Shown: positions 19,483-29,391 of the stretch, piece by piece | How the letters are laid out: every line of letters begins with the position of its first letter | How positions within the stretch are numbered: position 1 is the stretch's first letter | IMG/VR virus record: IMGVR_UViG_2974528084_000001 | Span: 13,355-77,354 of that record | Source of the DNA: a virus | Lineage: Duplodnaviria; Caudoviricetes | Direction: 5' to 3' (one strand) | DNA length: 64,000 bases | The notes under the pieces: model-generated | The model's input: only the letters and a program-made list of their open reading frames with translations | Databases searched by the model: none | What the model was told of the DNA's origin: nothing | Translations under genes and position numbers: made by a program

Positions 19483-21710
19483 TGCCGCAGCCACCTCGGG
19501 AAGATATTCAGCGGGCATTTGTTGCGCCTACAGTTCAGGTCATTCGACGTATCGAGATCTATGAAGAGGATGGTACGACACCCTGGAAGCAGGAGCTCTG
19601 GGATGACATACTTATCAACGGTACAGTGAGTCTCGACTACAACCGTGACGAGCGCCGCGCACTGGATTGTGAGCTCGACAACTCCTATGGCGACCTCGAT
19701 CCGCAGCACGGTGGGCTGTGGTACGACAAGCGATTCAAGCTGTTCTACGGCATAGAGCTCGACCAGGATGACCGTGGAGTTCGGGCGGTGATCGTGGAGG
19801 AGTACCTCGCACCCGGCCAGGCGGCGGCATTGAAGCAGCACCTGTCAGCGCATGGGATCAGCGAGGTTCACTTCCTGCCTTCGGCCACTGACTATGCGCA
19901 CGTTCAAGATTACGACGTGATCGTCGCCATCTCTTCGACGAGCCTGCAGAAACTTTCCCTACTTAATCAGTGTTACAGCAAGGGTAAAGGAATTGTTACC
20001 TTTGCTAATGACCAGACATCCGCGTCGATGCCGTCTATGATAGGTAGTGCGGGCGCGGCAACGGTCCTCGCTGGCCAACAGCTTGCCTATGCTCCAATCA
20101 ACGGGGCATCCGACCTATCCGTGGGGTGGGACGGTTGGAGTTCGAGTGACGATTCAGAGAACCTGGTCACATGGGGTGGTAAGGGGTTCGAGGATTTCAA
20201 CCTTGGATTCCCAGGGGCAGGCGGGGCTGGCGCAACTATTGTGCAGATTCCCGATGGTCCTTTCGGGAATACCACAAAGGTGTATAACACTCCCTCAGCG
20301 GGGGCTTACGTCTCGAGCCCGGCACTGTTCACCTACAACGGACTCTCGAGTGACACATTTTACTTTGAGGCGTGGGTAAGAAAGACGACACCTGGGGTCA
20401 CCGGCGGCATTGCGCTTGTCCGCAGGACGACAGAGCCTGGCGGTGCGAACCCTAACTACTCTGCTATCGGCATGAACCTGAGCGCTATGGTTCAGAATCA
20501 GTGGTACAAGTTGTCGGGTACTGTGTCGATGAGTGTGACACGCACAGTCCTGAACCCTTATGTTCAGGTGGGGAACAACGTTCCGGCGGGCGAGATCATT
20601 CAATGGGATGACGTTTTCGTGAAGAAGATTGATCCCGAGGATTCGTACCGTAAGATTCTGTCACCGGCCGCAGGGGCGCAGACCGTCGCAACACTGAGTG
20701 ATAGCGTCAACGGAGACTCCGTTGGAGCTGTGTCAAGGATTGGCTCAGCGGGGCAACGCTGGGTCCACACTGTCGCGTCGGACTTCACCGCACCCACCCT
20801 GGCTGGAGACTACGAGAGCTTCGGCCGCTATGTTTCACGCATCGTGTCGTGGGCCTCGTCATACGAGGCGCTCGATTACTGGGAGATTCAGCTCGGCGAG
20901 TTCATGGCCGACTCTATCTCACTCGGAGGTTCCTATGCAACGGTCTCGATCTCAGGACGCGATCTCACCAAGCTGTGCCAGCAGTCGAAGTTTGTAGCCT
21001 CGACTACGTTCACCAAGAACACGCCTATTGAGAGCGTCGTCAAGACCGTCGCAACGAACGCAGGGATTTCCAAGTTCAAGCTGCCGATCACCGGCAAAGT
21101 CCTAGATAAGGATATGACTTGGGAGCGAGACACTGCTCGCTGGGATGTGATTCGTGATGTATCAAACTCAAACAGCTACGAGGTATTCTTCGATAATGAA
21201 GGCTATCTTGTTATGCGTGAGTTCCGTGATCCACTCACCACTCCGGCCACTCTTGAGCTTAGCGTTGGTGTGGGAGGTAATCTCATATCTCGTGGTGGGA
21301 AGACCTCCGACGCAAATCTTTTCAATCACATTGTTGTTGTTGGCGAATCTTCTGATTCATCGACTCCACCTGTCTACGCAGAGGCAATTAATACTGCAGC
21401 GACTTCGCCAACCAGTGTGCAAGAGATTGGCGACCGGGTCTCCATAATCACATCGAGCCTGGTTACCAGCATCGCGAAAGCTCAAGAGTACGCCAATGCA
21501 CTCCTCGCCGTGTCGGCGCTGGAGGAGTTCGAGCTCTCTTTTGAGTCGACCCTTCTTCCGTGGATTGAGGTCGGCGACATAGTCGAGATGAAAAATTCTG
21601 ATGATCGTTACTGGGGACCAGACCGTTACTTGATGACAAGTCTGACGTTCCCGCTTGACCTGAATCCCATGTCAGGTGCAGGTAAGAGAACGGAAAAGGT
21701 GGAGGGGTAG
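19479..21710 (+). CDS. Baseplate hub / minor tail protein with internal carbohydrate-binding insertion
   Basis: Hub-like termini (GTVSLD...RRAL; ISGRD...YFDNEG-like VFFDNEG; NHIVVVGE) flanking an inserted block with a CBM-like FEAWVRK...QWYKLSGT...WDDVFV pattern. Confidence 0.75.
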   Translation: MMPQPPREDIQRAFVAPTVQVIRRIEIYEEDGTTPWKQELWDDILINGTVSLDYNRDERRALDCELDNSYGDLDPQHGGLWYDKRFKLFYGIELDQDDRGVRAVIVEEYLAPGQAAALKQHLSAHGISEVHFLPSATDYAHVQDYDVIVAISSTSLQKLSLLNQCYSKGKGIVTFANDQTSASMPSMIGSAGAATVLAGQQLAYAPINGASDLSVGWDGWSSSDDSENLVTWGGKGFEDFNLGFPGAGGAGATIVQIPDGPFGNTTKVYNTPSAGAYVSSPALFTYNGLSSDTFYFEAWVRKTTPGVTGGIALVRRTTEPGGANPNYSAIGMNLSAMVQNQWYKLSGTVSMSVTRTVLNPYVQVGNNVPAGEIIQWDDVFVKKIDPEDSYRKILSPAAGAQTVATLSDSVNGDSVGAVSRIGSAGQRWVHTVASDFTAPTLAGDYESFGRYVSRIVSWASSYEALDYWEIQLGEFMADSISLGGSYATVSISGRDLTKLCQQSKFVASTTFTKNTPIESVVKTVATNAGISKFKLPITGKVLDKDMTWERDTARWDVIRDVSNSNSYEVFFDNEGYLVMREFRDPLTTPATLELSVGVGGNLISRGGKTSDANLFNHIVVVGESSDSSTPPVYAEAINTAATSPTSVQEIGDRVSIITSSLVTSIAKAQEYANALLAVSALEEFELSFESTLLPWIEVGDIVEMKNSDDRYWGPDRYLMTSLTFPLDLNPMSGAGKRTEKVEG

Positions 21711-23707
21711 TGGCTACAGGGTTTGGCGACTGGGGTAACAGCGTCAAGGTTCATAGTGTACTGCGCGAGATTGCCAGGAAGGAAGTGGAGCGACTCCGTC
21801 CTGCACCACGCCTCGCTGAGGTTGTGAGTATTGACCATGATGAAAAGAAAGTCATGGTCAAGTTCATTGGCGAGACAAACGTGGTGCCCGTTCCATACAC
21901 CTCTACAGCCCCGGCTAACAATGGGCAGTGGGTTCGAGTCAACGGTACAACGCACGACCGATACATAGAAGATGTCATCGGCCAGAGCGACACCGACCGC
22001 CGACTAGAGTTTGCCGAGGGCCAGATCGACGAGCTACTCAAGCAGGTCGTCGGGCCGGATTGGAAAGAAGAGGATGACGGTCAGCTCGGCGTAACGATCG
22101 GAGACTTCTTCGAGAGCATAGGCGGCGAGGCCGACCTGGGTGGACTCGAGCAGGCTGTCGATGGCTCGTACGAGGGCGAAGATGAAAACCTGAACAACAT
22201 TCAGGGCGTCATTGCTCGACTACGCAGGCTTGCGGGCGGCATTATCAACCCGAGTCGTGTGCCACAGTTGCCTGTTGGTTCTATCTCAAACGAGCCCGGA
22301 CCCAACCTGCTGTCGAGCTTTGGTGGATTCAGCTCGGCTGATACAATCAGTGGCGACGGCATTTGGACTTACGATGCCACGACTGGAAACACTGCACCGG
22401 GTTCAGCGAAGGCTGTAGCTGACGGCACCCTCAAGATACTCTCGTCTGAGGCGATCGCAGTGGGCGCAGGGCAGACACTTCAGATTGGGGGCTGGGTTCG
22501 ATGGTCTGGTGTTGCAGCCACGGGGTCAGCGTTTCGGCTCTTGGTGATACCCTATGTCGATGGTGCCGCCCAGTCCCCGGCGGAGATTGCCAAGGTAGAC
22601 TCGCCGGCCGCGAGCGGGCAGACTACCCTTGGCCTCGTCAACTGGGTGGTACCGGCGAGCATCACCTTCGTTCGAGTACGCGTCACCATTGAAGCTGTCG
22701 TTACTGCCGGCGAGGTGTGGTGGGATGACCTCGTGCTTCGCAAGGCAGGCACAACAATACCACAGACCTTCGTCGGCGGACTCGCGCAGAAGCTGACCGA
22801 CCTCGATGAGAACGACACCGGTCTCGACGACTCTATTGGGAACCTTGCTAAGAATATCAACGACGCTGTGACCGCTACGGTCGAGGATATTGGCGAGGGT
22901 GCGGGAGATATTCTCAACGCATTCTTTACCATCTTTGATCTCAACCGCACAACCCAGGCGGCCGAGAAGGCTGCGCTTGAGGCAAAGCAAATTCTCGCCG
23001 CGATGAACAACCAGGAAGATACCGGCGGTGACGGTATGTCTTGGTCGACAGACTTTGATGCAGCGAACGGTCAGCCCCTGAATCCTGCCGATTGGCAGAA
23101 CGTGAACAACATCTTGCAGCGACAGGGTGGTGCGGGTGTGCCGGACTCGGGCGGGACCTTTGGTGCTACTGCGGTGACGGTTCGCAACACCAACTCAGAC
23201 TCGCAGAAGTGTTCGTTCATTATCTCTAGGATTCATGGACAGAACGCTTACTCGGGCGCGTACGTGAGGGCCTCGGCCACCCTGTCCTCGGGTGTGAGGT
23301 GTATTGTCAACGAGAACGGAGACCTTCAGCTCTCGCGTGTTGGGGGTTCCACCTTTTTGAGTGTTAACCACGCAGCAGGCTTCAAGGTTGGCGATCAGAT
23401 CGAGGTAAGATGTAATAGTACTTACTACTACATTTACAAGAATGGCAAACAGATCTACTCGTACAACGACGTTGCGAACTCGGTTCCGACTGGAGCTTTG
23501 TATCGTTTCTGTGCTATGTACATGTCTCGAACTGGAAATGTTCTGTACTACTACGAGTCGCCGCGCTTCGCTTCGTTCTATATGTCGGACTGGTATATCC
23601 CTCCGGGTGGGCCGGTCAACGCCTTTTGGCAAGGCACTTTGATTCAGTACAATTCGCTTGCCACCAAGCTGGATAACGCCGTCTACTTCATACTTCCGGC
23701 GACGTAG
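21710..23707 (+). CDS. Minor tail / receptor-binding protein (OB-like N-term, CBM-like middle, lectin-like C-term)
   Basis: 665 aa. NLL...GGF...W and GEVWWDDLVLRK are CBM-like patterns. Confidence 0.7.
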   Translation: MATGFGDWGNSVKVHSVLREIARKEVERLRPAPRLAEVVSIDHDEKKVMVKFIGETNVVPVPYTSTAPANNGQWVRVNGTTHDRYIEDVIGQSDTDRRLEFAEGQIDELLKQVVGPDWKEEDDGQLGVTIGDFFESIGGEADLGGLEQAVDGSYEGEDENLNNIQGVIARLRRLAGGIINPSRVPQLPVGSISNEPGPNLLSSFGGFSSADTISGDGIWTYDATTGNTAPGSAKAVADGTLKILSSEAIAVGAGQTLQIGGWVRWSGVAATGSAFRLLVIPYVDGAAQSPAEIAKVDSPAASGQTTLGLVNWVVPASITFVRVRVTIEAVVTAGEVWWDDLVLRKAGTTIPQTFVGGLAQKLTDLDENDTGLDDSIGNLAKNINDAVTATVEDIGEGAGDILNAFFTIFDLNRTTQAAEKAALEAKQILAAMNNQEDTGGDGMSWSTDFDAANGQPLNPADWQNVNNILQRQGGAGVPDSGGTFGATAVTVRNTNSDSQKCSFIISRIHGQNAYSGAYVRASATLSSGVRCIVNENGDLQLSRVGGSTFLSVNHAAGFKVGDQIEVRCNSTYYYIYKNGKQIYSYNDVANSVPTGALYRFCAMYMSRTGNVLYYYESPRFASFYMSDWYIPPGGPVNAFWQGTLIQYNSLATKLDNAVYFILPAT

Positions 23708-23709
23708 TC

Positions 23710-24312
23710 ATGGCAGCACCAATCGAGACCGGTTCACGTACCACAGCGGGAGCGTACTCGTTAGCTGTTCCCTCGTGGGCTTCGGTGATAGACTACTTCC
23801 TACTCGGGGGTGGCAAGTCGGGTAGCGATGGAAGCAACTACGGCTCAGGCAGTAAAGGCGACGATGGCAAGTTTGTTTCTGGTTCGGTCAGGGTTAAGCC
23901 AGGCTCGTCGCTGTCGTGTTCTATAGCTGGAGCAAGCGCCGAAACTACTATCAATCTCGGCGGGACCGTGTTTACTTCAGGAACTGGGACAACCAAGCCA
24001 TCCAACAACACGCTGTCCAGATCAACACTTGTCGAGGGCGACCCCGCCGTGGCATCACCCTGGTCGGTGAGTGTAGGTTCTCGCGGTGACGGTGGTGCGG
24101 GTGGCAGTAGAGGTTATACAACCACTGATCCGCCCACCCCTCCGGGGGAGGGCGAGCCTGGTACAGGCGGCGGACTGTACTGGCGCTTTAGGCAGGCCGC
24201 TCAGATACCTCGCATTGGAAACATACCAGCCGTTGACGTCAAGAGCGGAACAAAGCAGGTTCAGGCCATATACATAGGCACCAAAAAGGTCTGGGACAAG
24301 TCAGCAAACTAG
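23710..24312 (+). CDS. Gly-rich minor tail protein
   Basis: YSLAVPSW...GGGKSG motif. Paralogous to the C-terminal domain of 24486-25388. Confidence 0.65.
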   Translation: MAAPIETGSRTTAGAYSLAVPSWASVIDYFLLGGGKSGSDGSNYGSGSKGDDGKFVSGSVRVKPGSSLSCSIAGASAETTINLGGTVFTSGTGTTKPSNNTLSRSTLVEGDPAVASPWSVSVGSRGDGGAGGSRGYTTTDPPTPPGEGEPGTGGGLYWRFRQAAQIPRIGNIPAVDVKSGTKQVQAIYIGTKKVWDKSAN

Positions 24313-24321
24313 GAGGTAGCA

Positions 24322-24489
24322 ATGACAGACATCAACTTCACTCATCCCGATGCTCCGGGTGTGACGTTTACGCTCAGCTCGTTGGGCACTGGGGCAGATA
24401 TGTTCACGCTTCTCGCACACAGCGACACAATCACTGACGATCTCGGCAACCCGAAGCTGCTCACCGACGTGGGGTTCCCGAGGCCATGA
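24322..24489 (+). CDS. Small hypothetical protein (55 aa), not in ORF track
   Basis: AGGAGG RBS, ATG 24322, stop overlaps next ATG (ATGA). Confidence 0.6.
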   Translation: MTDINFTHPDAPGVTFTLSSLGTGADMFTLLAHSDTITDDLGNPKLLTDVGFPRP

Positions 24490-25388
24490 CAGGATGGTCA
24501 CCAGAGGGGCCGCCAATTGAAGGATACAGTGCAACCTGGGCTGCAGGAGAGGGGCCGGGCGAGGTAGGGTGGGAAGTCGGCTGGGGTAACATCTTTCCCG
24601 CCACGGCCTCCGACGAGTTCGTAATCGAGGATGACGTCTCAATCAGGGGCAAGGTGTCCATTGTAGACGAGATTGTATTCGAGGACCTTGTGTGGATCAG
24701 TCGTATGCCATCATCGTTCTTGGAAGAGATCTTGTTTGAAGACTCGGTATCAGCCTACATCTCTCGACTGCCTTCGTACTTCGAAGACGAGTTTGTAATC
24801 GAGGATTCCGCCAGCGCTCAGTTTACGCCGATGGCTCCGCAGTCCACCACTTACTCTACCGTTGGCACTTTCACCTACACCATACCACCTTGGTGCAGGT
24901 ATATCGACGGAGTGGGAATAGGTGGAGGCAAGGGCGGGCAGACCGGCAACGGAGCAAACAGCGCCGTGGGGCGCGGTGGACTTCCCGGCCAGTGGGCGGC
25001 CACCACCCTTGAGCGTGGGGTTCATATTCCCTGGAGTGAATCACAGCTTACAATAGTCGTTGGCGCAGGTGGGGCTGGCGGTGCTAACTCGGATCACGCA
25101 GCAGGCCAGAATGGATCACCCTCTTCTATCACCTCGTCAGCTGGAACACTCACCGCTCCTGGAGGTACCGGAACCAGTAGCGCAACACTTGCGCGCGATG
25201 GTGTGGCCGCTGGAGACTATACCTATCTTGGAATCACCTACACCGGAGGCGGCACGGCAGGTGAGAATGGCGAAGCTGGAAAGCCGCCCGGAGGAGGCGG
25301 TGCCGGTGGCAACGGTGGTATCTTTGGCATGAGAACCCGTGGCGGCGCGGGCGCGAGGGGGCAGGTCAACATGAGGGCGTACCAGTGA
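24486..25388 (+). CDS. Gly-rich minor tail protein
   Basis: Acidic N-terminal repeats (DEFVIEDD/DEIVFED), then FTYTIPPW...GGGKGG Gly-rich domain. Confidence 0.7.
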   Translation: MTGWSPEGPPIEGYSATWAAGEGPGEVGWEVGWGNIFPATASDEFVIEDDVSIRGKVSIVDEIVFEDLVWISRMPSSFLEEILFEDSVSAYISRLPSYFEDEFVIEDSASAQFTPMAPQSTTYSTVGTFTYTIPPWCRYIDGVGIGGGKGGQTGNGANSAVGRGGLPGQWAATTLERGVHIPWSESQLTIVVGAGGAGGANSDHAAGQNGSPSSITSSAGTLTAPGGTGTSSATLARDGVAAGDYTYLGITYTGGGTAGENGEAGKPPGGGGAGGNGGIFGMRTRGGAGARGQVNMRAYQ

Positions 25389-25633
25389 TAGTATCTGGCA
25401 TAGCTGTTATGGACGCGAGCTATGGTCCCATCATAATCCCACTTGGCTCTGCGCTTGTAGGCTCAAGCCATCCTGAGTTTTCCATTCAGTTCGAGTATGA
25501 CTACGGACCCTTCATAAACCCCGACGCGCCAGCCTTCGAGTTTCTAGCAGACAGGCTCGAGGTAGATGGAACAATCACACGTAACCTGGAGTGTATCAGC
25601 TACCCAGGGCGATACACAGTAGAGAAGGTATGA
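25385..25633 (+). CDS. Small hypothetical tail-region protein
   Basis: GTGA-coupled, 82 aa. Confidence 0.5.
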   Translation: MIVSGIAVMDASYGPIIIPLGSALVGSSHPEFSIQFEYDYGPFINPDAPAFEFLADRLEVDGTITRNLECISYPGRYTVEKV

Positions 25634-25634
25634 G

Positions 25635-26000
25635 ATGGCAAAAACGAATGCCCACAAGCGATCACTGGCGGACGCCGCAGCGGCGCTAGGCAACAGGGTC
25701 AAGCTGCACTCGGGCGACCCAGGCACCAATGGGGCTAACCTTATCACCACGAGCCCGGCCTACGCCAATACCACCTGGCCGGCGGCTGTCGATGGCTCTG
25801 GCGGAGATGCCGGCAAGGCTGTTGTCGTGGGCTCGGCGGTGAGCTTGCAGATTCCGGTCAGCACGACCGCAACTCATTACGGGATATACTCTTCGGGAGA
25901 CGTATTCCTGCGTGGAGGCCCACTTGCGAATGGCCCCATTTCATCCACCTCGGCCGGGGCTGTCACCATCGACGTAACACCAGTACTCAAGGTCTCGTAG
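25635..26000 (+). CDS. Tail-associated protein
   Basis: VKLHSGDPGTNGAN...THYGIYS pattern common in actinophage tail-end genes. Confidence 0.6.
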   Translation: MAKTNAHKRSLADAAAALGNRVKLHSGDPGTNGANLITTSPAYANTTWPAAVDGSGGDAGKAVVVGSAVSLQIPVSTTATHYGIYSSGDVFLRGGPLANGPISSTSAGAVTIDVTPVLKVS

Positions 26001-26017
26001 CCAGTAGAGTTTAATGC

Positions 26018-26047
26018 TTGACCTGTAGTACCAATGCCTGCTATCAT
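26018..26047 (+). promoter_or_regulatory. SigA-like promoter of holin/lysis genes with TAGTACCA in the spacer
   Basis: TTGACC-N18-TATCAT with TGC extended -10, intergenic. Confidence 0.6.
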
Positions 26048-26071
26048 GGGCAGATCTTACCAGGAGGTAGT

Positions 26072-26539
26072 ATGACCAACAACTTGCCACAGGCTCCCGG
26101 TTCGGTGCCGGTTGTCGGACCGAACATCTTCAACATCCGCTCGAAGAACGACTTCATCGGGCTGATGTACTACGTCATCCCACTCGTCATGGGACTGCTC
26201 GTTCTCTACGGAGCGCTCGACAACAATACGGCGCTCTTCTGGGGCGGCGCAGCCACCTCGCTGATCCAGCTGGTGTTCCAGTACACCCGCACACAGGAGT
26301 TCGCAAGACGTGCGATCTACCTGGTGCTGAACCTCGTGAACGCCGGACTGCTGATCTACGTCGCGGGCTGGAGCCCGCAGCATCTCGAGAACCTCATGCC
26401 CCTTCTGTCCCTCATCCTGGGCGGCAGCGCCGCAGGTATCGCCAGCCAGAACGTGAACACCTCCGGTGACGGCACTGTCGTCCGCGTGGTCGAGGGTTCA
26501 GTGGTCGACGAGCCCCCGAACGCCTCCGGACTGTACTAG
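26072..26539 (+). CDS. Holin-like 4-TM membrane protein
   Basis: AGGAGG RBS before ATG 26072. Four hydrophobic segments. Upstream of lysins. Confidence 0.65.
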   Translation: MTNNLPQAPGSVPVVGPNIFNIRSKNDFIGLMYYVIPLVMGLLVLYGALDNNTALFWGGAATSLIQLVFQYTRTQEFARRAIYLVLNLVNAGLLIYVAGWSPQHLENLMPLLSLILGGSAAGIASQNVNTSGDGTVVRVVEGSVVDEPPNASGLY

Positions 26540-26551
26540 TCAAGAGGTACC

Positions 26552-26594
26552 GAACAATCGCGGATCAGGTCCCCTCCCTGATCCGCGATTGTTC
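26552..26594 (+). terminator. 18-bp perfect stem-loop between holin and lysin genes
   Basis: GAACAATCGCGGATCAGG / CCTGATCCGCGATTGTTC, 7-nt loop. Confidence 0.6.
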
Positions 26595-26616
26595 TATCAA
26601 CAGCTAGGACAAAGAC

Positions 26617-26940
26617 ATGATCGTCTATCACAGAAACAACTACAAGCCGGACTCGTACCCCGAGACCGAGGATCACGTTCGCCAGCACATCTCGTCGGTG
26701 GCCAGCGAGACGGATGATCCGCGAGAGTTCTACGACGATGTCGAGATCGAGACCAGCGAGCTCGACGGCGGTGGCATCCGTGTCTACGGACAGCTCGACC
26801 GCGATCCTGCCTGCGACTACAGCGTGCCGGATGACTTCGAGATGCCCGACGAGTCCCAATACCAACAGGGCTTCGGCGTTCGCGAGATGACTCCGGTCGA
26901 ACTCGAACAGCACTTGATCGAGAAGGAGAACCGCAAGTGA
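26617..26940 (+). CDS. Acidic hypothetical protein preceding lysin
   Basis: 107 aa, GTGA-coupled to the amidase. Confidence 0.65.
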   Translation: MIVYHRNNYKPDSYPETEDHVRQHISSVASETDDPREFYDDVEIETSELDGGGIRVYGQLDRDPACDYSVPDDFEMPDESQYQQGFGVREMTPVELEQHLIEKENRK

Positions 26941-27569
26941 ACGGAGTCGCAATCGTCGGCGCCATCGCGCGCAGGTTTGTCGAGCTTGGCGGCAAGTCCG
27001 TCTACACGCGGGGCTGGGAAGGTCGAGGTAACGGACAGTCACCCGCATACAAGGGCCTCGTTATTCACCACACTGCCGGAGGTCGCAATGTCAACATCGA
27101 CCAGATCCTCATCGACGGACGCTGGGACCTTCCCGGTCCGCTTTGCAACTTCTGTATCATGTATGACGGAGACCTTGGCGTCATCGCTGCGAACCCTGCG
27201 AACCACGCTGGTGCGAGCGGCGGCTGGGATACTGCGCCGCTACCGCGAACAGGGCTCTTCAATCGGGAAGTTCTGGGTTGCGAAGTCCAGTACCCAGGCG
27301 TCGAGCCGATGGCCCAGGTTCAGTACGAGTCGGCCAAGCGTCTCTCCGTTGCAACGATGGAGGTGCTCGGTCGCCCCGGCCAGTTCGACCGGGTGAAGTT
27401 CCACCAGGGCACATCCATCGAAGGAAAGTGGGATCCTGGTTACGCAAACGGGAAGACCTACGGCATCACCCAGTTCCGCAACGATTGCCGAGGTATGCGT
27501 CAGGGCGAAGACGAGAACAGCGCAGACTGGCTTGACAATCAGCGTCAGCTGTTCGGGTACCCGCAATGA
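26937..27569 (+). CDS. Endolysin, N-acetylmuramoyl-L-alanine amidase (Amidase_2)
   Basis: VIHHTAG, ANHAG and FHQ...KWDPG Zn-amidase motifs. Confidence 0.9.
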   Translation: MNGVAIVGAIARRFVELGGKSVYTRGWEGRGNGQSPAYKGLVIHHTAGGRNVNIDQILIDGRWDLPGPLCNFCIMYDGDLGVIAANPANHAGASGGWDTAPLPRTGLFNREVLGCEVQYPGVEPMAQVQYESAKRLSVATMEVLGRPGQFDRVKFHQGTSIEGKWDPGYANGKTYGITQFRNDCRGMRQGEDENSADWLDNQRQLFGYPQ

Positions 27570-28402
27570 CCACGCGCTACCACCCCCTAAAGAAAGGGTA
27601 CGTGGTAACCAGCCCGTTCGGCTGGCGTGCATGGGACAACGCAGTGCATTACGGAATCGACTTCGGAGCCTCTAACGGCACCGCCGCCGGATGGGACGTG
27701 TATGCCATACAGGCTGGCACGGTGTTGCATTCGGGCGCAGCGATCGGCTACGGTGGCCCGGACCCGGCAGGCTGGATCGTGATTGATTCGGACGACTCGC
27801 AGGGCAGTGGCGTGTTCGAGTACGGCCACATCATTCGCGAGAGCTGGGTCAGGCCAGGAGCCAGGGTCTCTGCCGGTCAGAAGATCGGCCGGGTCAACGG
27901 ATCGAAGCTGACCAACGGCAACGTTGACCCTCATCTCCACGTCTCGTACATGCCCTACGAGTACAACCCGAGCAAGAAGAAGGACTTCGCCCCGCTACTG
28001 CGTGAAGCGAAGTACGCGGGCACCGCGCCCGCTCCAGCGCCAGCTCCCAAGCCGGTGCCGAACGAAGGAGGAACCGTGAGTCATGCATCGGATGTTCGCA
28101 TCCAGCTCCGAGGACCAGGCGACAACGGGTGGACCGGTCTGGCTCCACAGCCCGACGAACAGGGCAACCGTTTCAGCATCTTCAAGGGCAAGAACGTCAC
28201 CGCCCAGACGGTGGTCGAGGGTCTCGCGACCGTGATCTTCGAGCTCACCTACCGACTGCCCAAGGCAGGCCGGGGCTTCGACGACTACAGCAAGCGCAAG
28301 GGTGACACCGTCCTCGGCCTGGCCGGAAATGCCGCAGCCATCGCTGCCGAGAACCAGGTGATCCTCAAAGACATCCAGCGCAAGCTCGACACGCAGGGGT
28401 AA
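27566..28402 (+). CDS. Endolysin, M23 peptidase + linker + putative wall-binding C-terminus
   Basis: HYGIDFG (HxxxD) and PHLHVS (HxH). PAPAPAPKP linker. QLRGP...GW tail. Confidence 0.9.
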   Translation: MTTRYHPLKKGYVVTSPFGWRAWDNAVHYGIDFGASNGTAAGWDVYAIQAGTVLHSGAAIGYGGPDPAGWIVIDSDDSQGSGVFEYGHIIRESWVRPGARVSAGQKIGRVNGSKLTNGNVDPHLHVSYMPYEYNPSKKKDFAPLLREAKYAGTAPAPAPAPKPVPNEGGTVSHASDVRIQLRGPGDNGWTGLAPQPDEQGNRFSIFKGKNVTAQTVVEGLATVIFELTYRLPKAGRGFDDYSKRKGDTVLGLAGNAAAIAAENQVILKDIQRKLDTQG

Positions 28403-28405
28403 GGG

Positions 28406-28852
28406 GTGGCCAGGGGGGTTGGGCCATTCAAGAAAGTCCCGGAGGCTCGCGATAAGGTAGACGCCATGCGGGTCTTTCTCGTGATCGAGGCCTATGCACT
28501 TTGCCTGTTCGCCATTTACTACGGCATACTGACATTCAGGTTTAGCGATAGCCTGTGGCCTCCGAATAGGAGTGCATCGTCAGTGCCGTGGGCCCCAGAG
28601 TCTTGGGGTACTGCGGTAATCATCATCGCCGTGCTTACCATGATCGCCTCCTCGCGGAGGTTGAAGTGGTCTAAGTACGTGTCATGGACAATGAGAACGA
28701 TGTGTCTCGTGTGGGGAACCTTCTCCATCACGTTCTTCATTGACATCATGGATGGAGCGCCACCAACAGCTTACCCGCCAATGGGATCGTACCTCCTCCT
28801 GGCAGTGGTGTGCGCTAACAGAGCAAGCCTGGAGGATCAATGGAGAGAATGA
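28406..28852 (+). CDS. 4-TM membrane protein (lysis-associated)
   Basis: Four hydrophobic segments, downstream of lysins. Confidence 0.65.
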   Translation: MARGVGPFKKVPEARDKVDAMRVFLVIEAYALCLFAIYYGILTFRFSDSLWPPNRSASSVPWAPESWGTAVIIIAVLTMIASSRRLKWSKYVSWTMRTMCLVWGTFSITFFIDIMDGAPPTAYPPMGSYLLLAVVCANRASLEDQWRE

Positions 28853-29391
28853 AGCGCGCCATACGTGCTGGCGCAGGTACATTTCGCAAGACAATACGAG
28901 CTGTATTTGGTCACACGAGGATCGTTGCTTCAGGCTCATACCCGCTGTACAGATTGATCTGCATTGCGGGAATTGTTTCAGCTGTACTCACCTTTTCATA
29001 CAGGTCATGGCCCGCCTCGTTCACCGAGACGACAGATGGCAACGTGGTCGCCGGGATACTGTTCGGTGCGATGCAGCTGATCGGATGCTTGTCGGTGCTC
29101 ACCGGCATGTACTTCCATGCAGACACTGATCCGCTGCCGTCGAAGGTGCAGACGTCACTCGCGATCGAGCGATTCGGAACCTGGCTTCTGATTCCAGTGA
29201 TTGCGGTGTACACCTACGGGGTAGCCAAGTCCAACGGTGGACCACCCACCACTTGGGCAACGCTTGCTTTGTTTGCCTTCGGTGTTTACCTAGTGCTCCG
29301 ATCCATCGAGATCAAGGGGGCGCTCGAGGAGGTGCAGCGTCCAATTGAACAGTGCGACGGACACGACTGCAAGGAGCTGAGGAGTGAATGA
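28840..29391 (+). CDS. 4-TM membrane protein (lysis-associated)
   Basis: Four hydrophobic segments, similar topology to the previous gene. Confidence 0.65.
   Translation: MERMKRAIRAGAGTFRKTIRAVFGHTRIVASGSYPLYRLICIAGIVSAVLTFSYRSWPASFTETTDGNVVAGILFGAMQLIGCLSVLTGMYFHADTDPLPSKVQTSLAIERFGTWLLIPVIAVYTYGVAKSNGGPPTTWATLALFAFGVYLVLRSIEIKGALEEVQRPIEQCDGHDCKELRSE

Noticed and set aside
21710-26000. Diversity-generating retroelement acting on tail genes
   Set aside because: No reverse transcriptase and no template/variable repeat pair differing at adenines. The two Gly-rich genes are only distant paralogues.
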